From Callorhinchus milii (Eukaryota), in contig NW_024704743.1 of NCBI RefSeq assembly GCF_018977255.1, positions 4,342,001-4,406,000 of the forward strand: DNA of 64,000 nucleotides, in the 5' to 3' direction. Position 1 is the first letter of the stretch. Each line of letters opens with the position of its first letter. Shown piece by piece: positions 12,886-24,063 of the stretch. The notes below the pieces were generated by a model. That model did not search any database, was not told where the DNA came from, and saw only the letters and a list, made by a program, of their open reading frames with translations. The translations under genes were made by a program, and so were the position numbers.

Positions 12886-13612
12886 CTTTTTTAAAAAAAA
12901 GACAAAACAAGTCATTTTTAAACAACAATTCTTCTCTTTGAACCTTTTGTTTTAAAAAAAGTAAGAATGACATAACCAAATCGTAGCAAGGTGTTATACT
13001 GTCAGTTTAACAGGTCAAAGGTAAGGTCTCATGACAAATTATTCATTAGATTGTTGTTGATAATGTAGCGAAAGATATTTAACGCTCAACTTTCCAAATT
13101 ATAAAAAAAAAAGACCATTTTATCCTCAAATTACTCAACCACTCTTTTATTTAAAAAAAAATCATCTACAAGGGTTTGGGGTCTCTCAAGTAAAGAAAAT
13201 GTTACAGAACAATCCAAGACCCAAAATAGATCAATGAAATATCTAATAAAACATGCGCAAATACATAATACAGGGTGGCCTTGTTAGAAATGTGCCATGG
13301 TTGAACATAGGTTTCTGGACACCTAGTTTCTGGTTCTGATGAGCCAACTTCCCATGGCTAAAAAAAAAGGCCAACTACATGGCAGTTAAGACAGTTGCTG
13401 AGATCACTGGAGCTATGCATGGCACGCAACCTGCCAACCCAGAAGTGAACCATTTTTTCGTGCTTCATTATAATGCAGACTCTCAGTGACTGGATGCAGC
13501 CAACAGCATCGTAACAGCCTTACGGTACGTCAATGAACCAGTGCTTCAAACGGAATTGCAGCAGTGAAGATAATAGCTAATTTTACAAGGTAGGAAGCAA
13601 TAAGTAACTTAC

Positions 13613-13783
13613 ATCCAGTTTAGGGAAATCAGTTATAATCTGAGTGAGACGATCATGATAGTTTTGTTGAGTGAATTTAATTTTTCGCATATAAAAGTGG
13701 CGAATGCGGTTAATCTGATAATTTTTGTGAATCACAGTTGGGGTTTTCCGCTGGGTCTTCGATAATGTCAGGTCAATGAAGTC
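13613..13783 (-). CDS. GTPBP4: GTPBP4 exon 2 ([20 protein letters not shown]...DFPKLD)
   Basis: AG/GT bounded, 171 nt, near-identical to the recalled human peptide. Confidence 0.96.
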
Positions 13784-14091
13784 CTTAAAAAAAAAACATA
13801 CAAATGAATCGGTTATTGCATATAGAATAAAAACTAAAGAGCATCGTGTCAGAACTATGGTACTTTACATCTCAACAAGATCCTGCAGAGGCATACATTT
13901 TAAAACATCCTGCAGGTTAAACAAAAACCTATCATGCTGTCATCAACTGATCCGATTCTACCGTTTATATCTGAAGAGAGGTACAAATAAACTGAACCTC
14001 AATACGTTTAGAATTCGTCAGCTCAACAAGAGGAACAGACACAATCTCTGAAAAGGAAAGGTGAGCAAAGATGAAGACGCAAATTTAACAA

Positions 14092-14282
14092 ATAATAATA
14101 ATAATAACCCTTGCATTTGATATAGCGCTTTTCACGTCGGGAGGACGTCCCAAAGCGCTTCACAGAACACACTGTAAAGTGAATTGACTGTATATTTGTG
14201 GGCGAACGCGGCAGCCAATTGCGCACAGCAATGTCCCACAAACAGTCGTAGATTGAAAATGACCAATTTATTATTGTTTTTT
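14092..14282 (-). mobile_element. Young SINE 3' half
   Basis: Nearly identical to copies at 18772, 26124, 35252 and 41119. Confidence 0.9.
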
Positions 14283-14527
14283 TTTAACCTAGAACGTGTT
14301 GAAAATGCTGATAGATACACGATTGGTAACCCCGCAGACTGAACTGTAGTCTACTTACAATGTCGAGAAACAATTTATTGTTTCTAAAATGCCACAATGA
14401 TATAATATTGTGCAACAGCGTAAAAAAAAAAGTAATATTACGAAATAGAGCAGATTTCTAATAGGTGAGGTAGTGGCTTCGTGGTTTTTCTCCTTGGCTT
14501 TGGTTTGAGAGGATAATCTAATGATTG

Positions 14528-14900
14528 CCCTGTAGCTCAGGGTTAGCGCACTCGCCTCACAAACGAAGGACCTGGGTTTGATTCCCGGGCGGGGAGAAAC
14601 GTTGGGTAAGTTTCCTTACTCCACTCGCCTCTGTTTACCGAGCAGTAAGTAGGTAACCAGTTGTTTAGTCGATTGGCGGATCGCTTTTCCGGGGGCAATA
14701 GCTTCCACAGAAAAATAATAATAATAAATTGGTCGCTTCAACCCACGACCGTTTGCGGGACTCTGCCGTGCGGAATCGGCCGCCACGTTTTGCCCACAAA
14801 ACATGCAGTCGATTCGCTTCACGGCATATCCCGTGGAGCGCTTTGAGACGCCTCGAAGACGCGATAAGGCGCTGTATCAAACGTGAGGATCGTTATTGTG
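14528..14900 (+). mobile_element. Full-length SINE, GC-shifted copy
   Basis: tRNA-like head CTGTAGCTCAG...GGTTTGATTCCC through to the tail; many A/T>G/C changes. Confidence 0.85.
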
Positions 14901-15469
14901 ACACCGACCCTCAATTACTGCTCGACGTGCCATTGCATTGATTTTGCGACGGCGACGACGACGGCGGGTAAGGACGTTATTGATCGTTAGCCACACGTTA
15001 CGAGTCACCAAAACACTGCAGCCTTTTGCCCCTCCGATCTTACAGCTCTGTTGAAACTTTGCGCCGCAGAAAGCGTGAGATCCGAACTCGTAAAGACCAC
15101 CCCCTTTTGGATATGAAAGCAACACTCCCCTGCACCCCCTCCCTTCCCCTCTACCCCCACCCCCTCCCTCTCTCCCCCCCCCCCCCCCCCACAACCCTGT
15201 GCGTTTATAACTCGTAGCGTTCTGTCCGCAATTTTCCCACATGGCGGAAATCCCCGGTGGGGCTCGGAGTTCAGGCACCGACACAGCGAGAAAGCAACCG
15301 CCGGGGAGGGGGGGGTGTGAAGCCAGTTTTAATTTAGAGCCCCACAAACTCGAGAAGCTTCCTGGAAATTACAGCGATGACAACAACAACAACAACAAAA
15401 TTACGTTTACAGACATTTAATACACAGAAAGACCACCACCACCACCACCACCCCTTCTCTCCTCACCCC

Positions 15470-16060
15470 TCTCGCCCCCACCAACCCACTCTCTACCCCC
15501 CCCCCCGACCGCTCTCGTCCCCTTCCCCCACCAACCCCTCTCTCTCTCCCCTAAGTCCTCTCCTCCTCCTCTCCCTTACCTCCCCGCCCGCCCCTACACC
15601 TCCACTCTCCCATACCCCCCTTCACCCCCACAGTCCCCCTTCACCCCCACCCCCCCCCCACAGTCCCTCTCCCAGCCCCCCCCCTCTCTCTCCCCCACAC
15701 CCCTCTCCCACCCCCCTCTCCCCCCCACAACCCCCCCCTCTCCCCCCACAGCCCTCTCCCCCCCACACACCCCCTCTCTCCCCCACACACCCCTCTCCCC
15801 CACACCCTCTCTCCCCCCACACACCCCCCCACCCTCTCCCCCCACACCCCTCCCCCACAGCCCTTCCCCCACACCCCTCTCCCCCCACACACCCCTCTCC
15901 CACAGCCCTCTCCCCCCCACACCCCCCCTCTCCCCCACACCCCTCTCCCCCACAGCCCTCTTCTCCCCCCCACACACCCCCTCTCTTCCCCCACACCCCC
16001 TCCCCCACAGCCCTCCCCCCACAGCCCTCTCCCCCCCCACACACCCCCCTCTCCCCCCCA
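15470..16060. repeat. C-rich degenerate minisatellite (units like CCCCTCTCCCCCCACACA / CCCACAGCCCT) at the start of GTPBP4 intron 1
   Basis: Direct reading; G-rich on the transcribed (minus) strand. Confidence 0.9.
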
Positions 16061-16070
16061 GCGCCGGTAC

Positions 16071-16121
16071 CTTGGCGGTCGGCACTACGGTGATCTTCTT
16101 GAAGTTGTACAGCGCCGCCAT
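16071..16121 (-). CDS. GTPBP4: GTPBP4/NOG1 coding exon 1 (MAALYNFKKITVVPTAK)
   Basis: Matches the NOG1 N-terminus (human MAHYNFKKITVVPSAK). ATG in GCCATGG context; GT donor at 16070-16069; 51 nt. Confidence 0.96.
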
Positions 16122-16320
16122 GGCCACGCGCTCCCGGGCAGCAGCGGAGAGAGGAGCCGCACCACGTGGGACGCGCCAACGAGGCGACCGGAAAGGGCAA
16201 GAGGAGACGCCCGCGCGGACCTCCAGACCTCAGCGCCCTCTGCCGGTCAGCCTCCCACCCACAGGCTGGCACCCGGCGCCGGGTTGGGCGACTTCACGCC
16301 CAATTGGGCGGTTTTTAATA
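16122..16320 (-). promoter_or_regulatory. GTPBP4 5'UTR/CpG-rich promoter with E-box CACGTG (16163-16168) and CCAAT palindrome (16297-16310)
   Basis: CpG-dense sequence directly upstream of the ATG; motifs read directly. A full CRE (TGACGTCA) lies further out at 16727-16734. Confidence 0.7.
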
Positions 16321-16629
16321 ATTCCCCTCCTCCCCAAAAAAAAACTGGCACAAGTGAAACATTTTTTCCTGATTTCGTTTTTATTTTTTTTTAATTTTAA
16401 AATTCATTTGAAAAAACCTTCAAGAAAACCCCCCAAAAACCCTCTGTTCGCTCTCGGTTTCCGAAGCGCTGACCTAAATTGGCCGCTCCGCTCTCCCCGC
16501 GGGAGGCGTATTGGGCTACTTTTGGGCTGATGTTTGGTTTAGGGGGGGATTTTGGGGGTGTGGGGTGGTGGTGGTGGGTGGGGGGGGGGGGGGAGTGGGG
16601 TCTACAATTAACTCCTGGCAACCTTGACC

Positions 16630-16660
<31 letters not shown>

Positions 16661-17224
16661 TGGGGAGGGAAAAGAAGAAATGTTCCCTTGATGGGGTGGG
16701 ATGCGGGTGGGAGTGGGGGTGGGGGGTGACGTCAAATCCCACCACCGCTCCGTGCTCCAAGACAAGACGCTGTTCCACCTGAACGCTTTCGTTGCTGTTT
16801 CCCGCGTCGGAATGGAGCCCACCCTCGGTGGCGGTCTCGGTAATCCAGTTCCTGGGCCAGGAGGGTGTGCGGTATTCCAAGGCACTGCTCGCGACCGCAC
16901 CGCCCGTGCGCTGGGTTTCCATACAAATACAGTCTCAAGCCCACGGCACATCTGGTCTTTCCTCTGCGTCAAACTCCACTGGGTTCAGTGCTTCGAGACC
17001 CTACCCAACTCGAAGGGCTCCGTATGAATGCCAAGATGCTGTTGCTTGGTTTCCATAAGACGTAGGAGCAGGAGTAGGCCATTCGGCCCCTCGAGCCTGC
17101 CCCGCCATTTAGTAAGATTATGGCTTATCTTCTAACCTAATTCCATTTACCCGCCCTATCCCCATATTCCTTAATGCCTGTCATTTGGCCCATCATGTCC
17201 GTGCTGGCTGTGTTGGGGGACTCC

Positions 17225-17536
17225 TGGAGTCTAAAGCAGCATAACTTGCCATTACCACTGTCTGGAAAGCTTTCCTGCTGATTGTCCAGCGAGGACCACC
17301 CTACCTGTTAGGGCTTTGGTTTGCAGGGCTAAAGGGAGCTAAGCCGGGCAGGTACCAGTACTGCAGGGCACTGTTGATCACCGCACAGCCGGCCTGGCTC
17401 ATCAGCAGGACTTGTAAGAGCAGATCAGTCATAAGGGGGAGGAACTCTTCCCTCTCAGCTCTTGTTAACGCTGCAAGCCACAGGGAAGATGACCCTTGCT
17501 GGACAAGCGGTGGGAAGCTTGCCAGACAGTGCTCTC
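17225..17536. mobile_element. Two inverted fragments of an unclassified repeat family
   Basis: CACTGTCTGGAAAGCTTTCC...TTGTCCAGC and its reverse complement; homologous to 28700-28820 and 63720-63900. Confidence 0.7.
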
Positions 17537-18374
17537 AAACACACAACTACTGTGTGAAATGCTTTGAAAAATTTGGAAGAATTGACAAGGCGCTACATCA
17601 CATAGAAGAATTAGTATTATCTATTTATGTGCCTGGACAGCGAATAATAATAATCCTGGCATCTGATATAGTGCCATAATAGTGAGCAGTAGTCGTGGTG
17701 GTAGTGGGAGAGATGCATTATAATGCCTAAAAATAATCCTTGCATTTGACATAGCTCCTTACTATGTCGGTGAGATGTCTTAAACCGCTTCGCAGGATAT
17801 ATTGCTGCAAACGACAACAAGCATCTATAATTTTAAAATACAATCAATTCACTTTACAGTATATTCTGTGTAGCGCCTTGAGACGTCTCGAAGACGTGAT
17901 GAGGCGCTGTATCAGATGCAAGCCTCGGAGCGCTTAGCAGTGGCGGAGCCTGACGTCGAGCTGGTGGGTGAGGGGGCGGGGGAGGGAGGAGGTGACCGTA
18001 AGCAAGGTCGAAGAGGAAGGGACAAGTGGTGTGTTTGTGCGTTCGCTTGCGTGCATCCAGTCTGCGAAGAGCAAGTTACAGCTAAGTCGGGCGCAGTCGT
18101 CACCAAAGCCTCCGACGCAACCAACAATGGACGGTAACCAAGAGCAACAAAGTTGATTATCCCGTAGCGCAGCCCAAGGTCAGTCCGAGGCCCGTTGTAT
18201 CACCGTGGCTTTTGTTTGGTGACTTTGCGCAGGATTGCCCCTTACCGTACGATTTTTTTGTGTGGTGGAGGGAGGGGGCGATGCGTGGGAGGAGGGGGTT
18301 AGGCTTAACTTTGAGAAATTTGTAAGAGTGAATAAGGCGCTACATCAAATGCAGGATTATTATTGCACTATTAA

Positions 18375-18690
18375 CACCTCTTCTCCCCAGTTTTGTTTCA
18401 ACCTACCCCCCACCCCCCCCCCCCCCACCCTCCTTTTGTTTTGCAACCCCCCCCCCACTTTTGCTGTACGCCACCATCACCTCTTCGACCCATCAACTAA
18501 CACATTCTCTCCTTTGTCTTCTTTTTTGTCTTGTTTGTCGTCCTTGTCCTGCCTCCCCCCTCTCAACTCGTCCTTAAAAACCTCTCCCTCCCAACGTTCT
18601 GACGAAGGGTCGTGGACCCGAAACATTGACTCACTTTCCTTTCTCCATAGATGCTGCCTGACCCGCTGAGTTTTTTGTGTTTTGTGCAGG
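18375..18690 (+). mobile_element. Penelope-like element terminal remnant with minimal hammerhead motif
   Basis: TTCTGACGAAGGGTCGTGGACCCGAAAC...CATAGATGCTGCCTGACCCGCTGAG, resembling the abundant shark PLE tail (recalled, not searched). Confidence 0.75.
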
Positions 18691-18771
18691 ATTATTATAC
18701 CTCATTTATGTGCCAGTACAGTGAATAGTGAGCACAGGTAGGTGGTCGTGTTGGGAGATGCATTATCATAA

Positions 18772-18960
18772 ATAATAATAATAATAATCCTTGCATTTGA
18801 TATAGCGCTTTTCACGTTGGGAGGACGTCCCAAAGCGCTTCACAGAACACACTGTAAAGTGAATTGACTGTATATTTGTGGGCGAACGCGGCAGCCAATT
18901 GCGCACAGCAATGTCCCACAAACAGTCGTGGATTGAGTGACCAAATTATTATTATTATTT
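18772..18960 (-). mobile_element. Young SINE 3' half
   Basis: Near-identical to the 14092 copy. Confidence 0.9.
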
Positions 18961-19224
18961 TTTTCTTGAGGACCTATTATTTTTTTTCATCTTCGCCAAA
19001 AAGGCCAAACACATATATTTATTGGTGTGTGTGTGTGTAAAAAAATACATTTAATGGTACGTAAAAAAAAAATATTCTGCTTTCCTCAAGAAAAAACACA
19101 CCCGTGACAGAAAAGAGAACTTTCGCAAATCCTCTTCACTCCCGTTACAATCCGCAAAGAGGGGCTGTGGCAAACCTATAAATGTTTCCAAGCAAAGCTA
19201 TAAATTATTATACAAACAATACAT

Positions 19225-19395
19225 TGATAACCCTCGCGTTTGATACAGCCCCCCTTATCACGCCTTCCAGACGTCTCAAAGAGCTTCACAGAAGACGGTG
19301 CGAAGTGAATCGACTGTGTATTTTGTGGGCGAAACGCGGCAGCCGATTGCGCACGGCTGGAGTCCCGCAAACAGCCGTGGGTTGAAGTGACCAAA
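19225..19395 (-). mobile_element. SINE 3' half, GC-shifted copy
   Basis: Aligns to the family with predominantly A/T>G/C substitutions. Confidence 0.8.
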
Positions 19396-22300
19396 AGACA
19401 TTCCGCAAAAGACGCACGCTCGCAACGGGGGAAAAAACAAACCGCGCGACTGCTTCAAACCCGTGACACATGGTGCCCGTTTCCTTGCTGCGGCCTCTGT
19501 TGTCTCGCGCTCGGTCCTGCCTTCTGCTGCCTTTACCTGCAGCGGCGGAGCAGTTACACTCTGGGTCTGTTCCCAGTTCAGCCATCCTTCGCTTACTGGT
19601 CGGCGAGCCGACATTCCCCGCCCCGCTGCTCCCCACTTTATGAGGAGAGACTCACGCCCACCGCACGATCGCATTTTGCGACGCTCTTCCGTTACGAGGC
19701 CGAGCGTCCCTCTTTACAATCCCTACGTTAGACCCCTCGACTGAGCCGGTGCCCTGTTGTGTGGGGAGGTTGCAGCGAAGCGAGGGCACCTAGCGTTGGG
19801 TCAGACCCCCGTCTGTCCCTTTGCCTCGGCTGAACCGAGCTCCAGTGCCACTCCGTGCTTCTCCAAACCACCTTGGCGCACGCACACCGCAGGAAGCCGG
19901 ACTTGCGTCACGCGCAGCAGGCCAGAGATCACCTCACACTGGATCGCCAAGTTTGTCCCAGTGATGGACAATGTGCACAGTCGCCGCCTCCCTCGTTTCT
20001 CCCTCGCTAGCTGTAAACGCTCGGCCCAGTGTTTTACACCCGTGTTCAGGCCTCGCTTTTCCGTCGATTGACCCTGGAGCTCGAAGTGATCGCAGATGCC
20101 CGTCAGGCTCGCGATCGATCGATTGATCGATCGATGGTCGGTCAGAGCCAAAGGCTGTGACATCATCCGCGTACGGGGAAACCATGGCTGCATTCAGCAG
20201 TGATTTCCCTCCCCTCCAAAAAAACACCCAGAAATCTCCAATCTTCCTCTGGACCCCCTCCCTCTCTCCCCCCTCCTTCTCCCCACCCTCCCTCTCTCCA
20301 TCCTCCCCTGCCTCCCTCTCTTCCCCCTCCCTTTTACATGCTTACACCACATTATAATGCCAGCCTCATTTGCACTTGTTAACATATCTTAGTGAATACT
20401 AAATGGCTCAGTGTTGACTCCTACAGTATTCAGTATTACAGTATTCCAATTAGTTTCTAATTGGGTGCAATGGTGCATGACTAGTGTTAAGTTAGTTGTT
20501 GCTTGTTGGAAATTGCAGCTTTAGGTGCTGAGTGAATTCATTTGTAGTCGAAGACTAAGAAGTATTAACGCCCACAAGGGATAAAATCAGCCTTCAGTTC
20601 TTTAAGTACCGGACATGGAAATGCAAGGATTATTGTGACGTGCTTTACTGGTTTTTACATGTGTTATAGATTGCTGAGACAAAATGATTTCATCCAGAAT
20701 ATCTCCGTAGCTTTCATCCGTGAACAATCCATTTCATACATTTGTCATTTCCTGATCTTTCATAATATTTCTGCACAACCTTTAAATGACAGTGAATCCT
20801 GTGAATTGCTTTTTATTATAAAACACAGGACCGCAGGTGAGCTTCCACTTTACATTACGTAGCAACGGAAAGTATAACTTCTCCAGAACTCTCTTTAATC
20901 AGAGATGGCTTCTTCCCACCCCACACACCCACCCACCCACCTATTCTCTGTAGGAAGAGAAAATAAGAGGCTAAACTGTGAGGTTCCTCAACATTCGTTT
21001 GCTTGAGGAATGAGTGCAGCTTTCCATTGCGATAATTACCAAAGATGAATGTTCCTTGTGTTGTAATTCCCGATAGAAATGACCTTTCTTTTCTTGTTAG
21101 ACAATACACTCTCTCGCTCCTACAAGGGAGAGCTGCACTTGCCCCCTACATTTTATATCCCCCCCCACCACCCCGCGCACCACCACACACAACCATTTTG
21201 CCTACCAACCCCAGATCCTTTGACCTTTGCATCATTGACATCTTGCAGCTGAGAAGCTAAAGCAGGCAATCTGCTTCCAGGCTATTGCCCGTATCCCTCT
21301 TGGCTTCCTGCCAGGAGCTGCTTTAGAAAAGCCAACTGGATACTCCCTATCTGATGTTCCATTCTCCCCGGAGGCAGACATCTGACCTTTACTCAGTGCC
21401 AACCCACGCATTGCAGATCGGATCAGAGACTCGGTGAAGTGGGGAGCGGGAGGGACCAACAAACATGGGTCCATCCCTTTGCTCCTCCAAAGCACAAGCC
21501 CCACTGATCATTTCTTATTGGGGATAGATTCTTGCCATATATTAATCGGAAATGAACGGGTGTCTGAATAAAGCCTGAACTTCCCGTCGATTATGTTGTG
21601 CCAGCCTGCACGCAGCCCGATTATAGGTAAGGGCGTACGATGCGTCTCAGGAAAATCATGCAACGTAATTCAATTGAATATACGATAAACAGTACAGTGC
21701 TTTCAAGAATAACAGGTGGTTCATGCTGCATGATAGATTGTAACCTCCAACATGCGCCGACAAACCATTTTATTGTTCCTGAAGCTTGCAGAACTTCAAA
21801 ATAAACAATTGATAAAATAACAGGTGACACACTTACTGAGGTCTCAGTGTGATCACGGATCACATATTGTTATTCCGTGCATGTGGGCCAAAAATCAACT
21901 CAGAGTTAGGCACTGGAGTCAAGAGCTTCGTATAATAGCCTCTGTGATGCACGAAAGATGGCATTAAGTAGAACGTAAGCACAGAGTCCATAGGTCATCT
22001 TCAGTCACGCAGTCATCATTTCTCCCTGTGTAAACATAGAGCAGAGTCCAGAGAATTGACTAATGCAAAAGAAAACACATTGTTGGCAGTCGGACTTGTA
22101 TTAAAGAATTTACACAGTGCTTTTCGTGTTGGGAGGATGCCTCAAACTATTTCACCACAGCTACCTGGGAGCCGGAACTTGGAGAGGGTGCAGTGGTAAC
22201 ACATTCATCGGAGGCATAAATAGATCGGAAGCCCTGTAAGGTCGAGAGAAAGACGTCACATTTGTTTTAGAACTTGCAATTCTGCACTATCTTATCAAGT

Positions 22301-23705
22301 CGAAACGTCAAGTGTAGTGGCTGTGTTTTTCAGCCAACCTGCAACCATCAATCAATCGTGCGCACCGTAAAGTTGAACCCAGAGGAAAAAGGAGCAATTA
22401 ATTGTCAGCCAGGACACCGGGAGAAATTCTTCTTGTTTCGAATAATATTTGTCTACAAAATACACAGTCACTACTCTTTACAGTATATTCTGTGAAGTGT
22501 TTCGAGACACTCTCCAGACACGGAATGTACCAAATGCAAGCATTAGTATCATTATTAATATCATTAACATTAGTATTATAGTATAATGGATCTTTAATGT
22601 CCATGGTTCAACAACTCATCCAAAGAATGACACGACCACCCCGGTACAGAACTGGAATGTCAGCCAAGACTTTGAGCTCAAAATACTAAACCTGGTTTGG
22701 AATCCAGAAATCCTCAGACCCAGAAGGAAGAGTGTTACCAATAACAAGCTATTTCGGGAAAAGAACCAATCCTCAGGAGATGCTTGTAAGAATAAGTGCT
22801 AAAACCTACACGCTGGGGAATGCAAAGAAATAATAATAATAATCCTTGCATTCGACGGCGAATTTCATAAGGAAATCCTTACTTTATCATGTCGTTGAGA
22901 GGTCTCAAACGCTTCACAGAATAAATTGAAAGTGAATTGCTATGTATTTTGTGGGCGAAACGTGGCAGCCAATTGCTCCCAGCAGCGTCTCTACAAACAG
23001 CCGTGGATTGAGTGACCACGTTTTTGTCGTTTGGAGAGAATATTACCACCGGAAAGCGATTCGACAATCGACTGACAACCGGGTTCCTATTTACTGCCCG
23101 GTAAACCGGCGTGTGGAGTGAGGAAACTTGCCTCAGGTTTTGCCCAACCCGGGAAAGAAAATCAAAGAATGTCTCTTCAGTGACGATTATGGCAGCTGTG
23201 GAGACATCAAGAATCTGAAGCAGGGAATGCGTCATCCCAGGCCAACCGGTGACGATTCAAACTATGACAATGGTTTGCTGTCTGACTGATTGCTCGTGGC
23301 TGACCCCGGTTGAAAGCTGCTGTTGTCACTGAAATGTGAGAACTACTGTACAGTCATCTATTGTCAGCGCTGCTTACTTTGTGCGAGCAGAATCTTCCGT
23401 AGCTTTGAACCCCTCACCGAGGCCACGCAGGAGTTTCCTCTTCAATTTGCGTCTCTAAAAATCAGATCAAGGTACCCCCCACCCCAAAAAAAAAAATAAC
23501 ATGAGATCTTTAAATGCGGAGAGATAGATACCTTCGTGGACTTGTGCTGGATTTTGCCCTTATGAAATTGACAAGACATCTGAAAGGCAGCAGAAATTTG
23601 CATTCTCTGTCACCATTCACAATATATTATTCATGACACGTTGGTGTTGGCTGGAAACTAATCGTTGACATTATTGATTCAGCATTTCAGAGTGTCCAGA
23701 ACTTC

Positions 23706-24063
23706 TAATAATAATAATCCTTGCATTTGATATAGTGCCTTATTACGTCTTCGAGACGTCTCGAAGACGCTTCACAGAATATCCTGTAAAGTGTATTTTT
23801 GTGGGCGAAACGCAGCAGCCAGCAGCGTCCCACAAACAGCGGTGGATTAAAGTGACCAATTTATTCCTTTATTTTAAAAGGAATTATTACCCCCGGAAAA
23901 GCGATCCGCCAATCGACTAGCAACCGGGTTACTCTTTATTGCGAGGTAAACAGAGGTGTGTTGAGTAAGGAAACGCGCCCAACGTTTCGCCCGGCCCAGG
24001 AATCGAACCCAGGTCCTCTCGCTTGCGAGGCGAGCGCTCTGACCACTGAGCTACGGGACTCCA
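23706..24063 (-). mobile_element. Full-length tRNA-head SINE
   Basis: (TAA)n tail to head; on the minus strand TGGAGTCCCGTAGCTCAGTGG (A box) and GGTTCGATTCC (B box). Confidence 0.9.

Noticed and set aside
13336..13362. CTGATGA-GCCA...TGGC hammerhead-like motif
   Set aside because: Followed by TAAA rather than GAAA, and stems I/III cannot be formed.
94..16070. Intronic snoRNAs in GTPBP4
   Set aside because: No convincing C/D box pair with terminal stem or two-hairpin H/ACA fold identified by eye; an Infernal scan would be needed.
15377..16272. Long Pro-rich and Gly-rich ORFs (238, 216, 177 aa)
   Set aside because: Translations of the C-rich minisatellite; only the 17 codons of GTPBP4 exon 1 are supported.
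19463..20071. Two same-frame ORFs separated by a single TGA (19742-19744), suggesting selenocysteine or readthrough
   Set aside because: No homology, no SECIS recognised, and GC-rich DNA gives such frames by chance.
23990..24063. tRNA-like sequences with A and B boxes (also ~35500, ~51160, ~61945)
   Set aside because: These are SINE heads continuous with SINE bodies, not tRNA genes.
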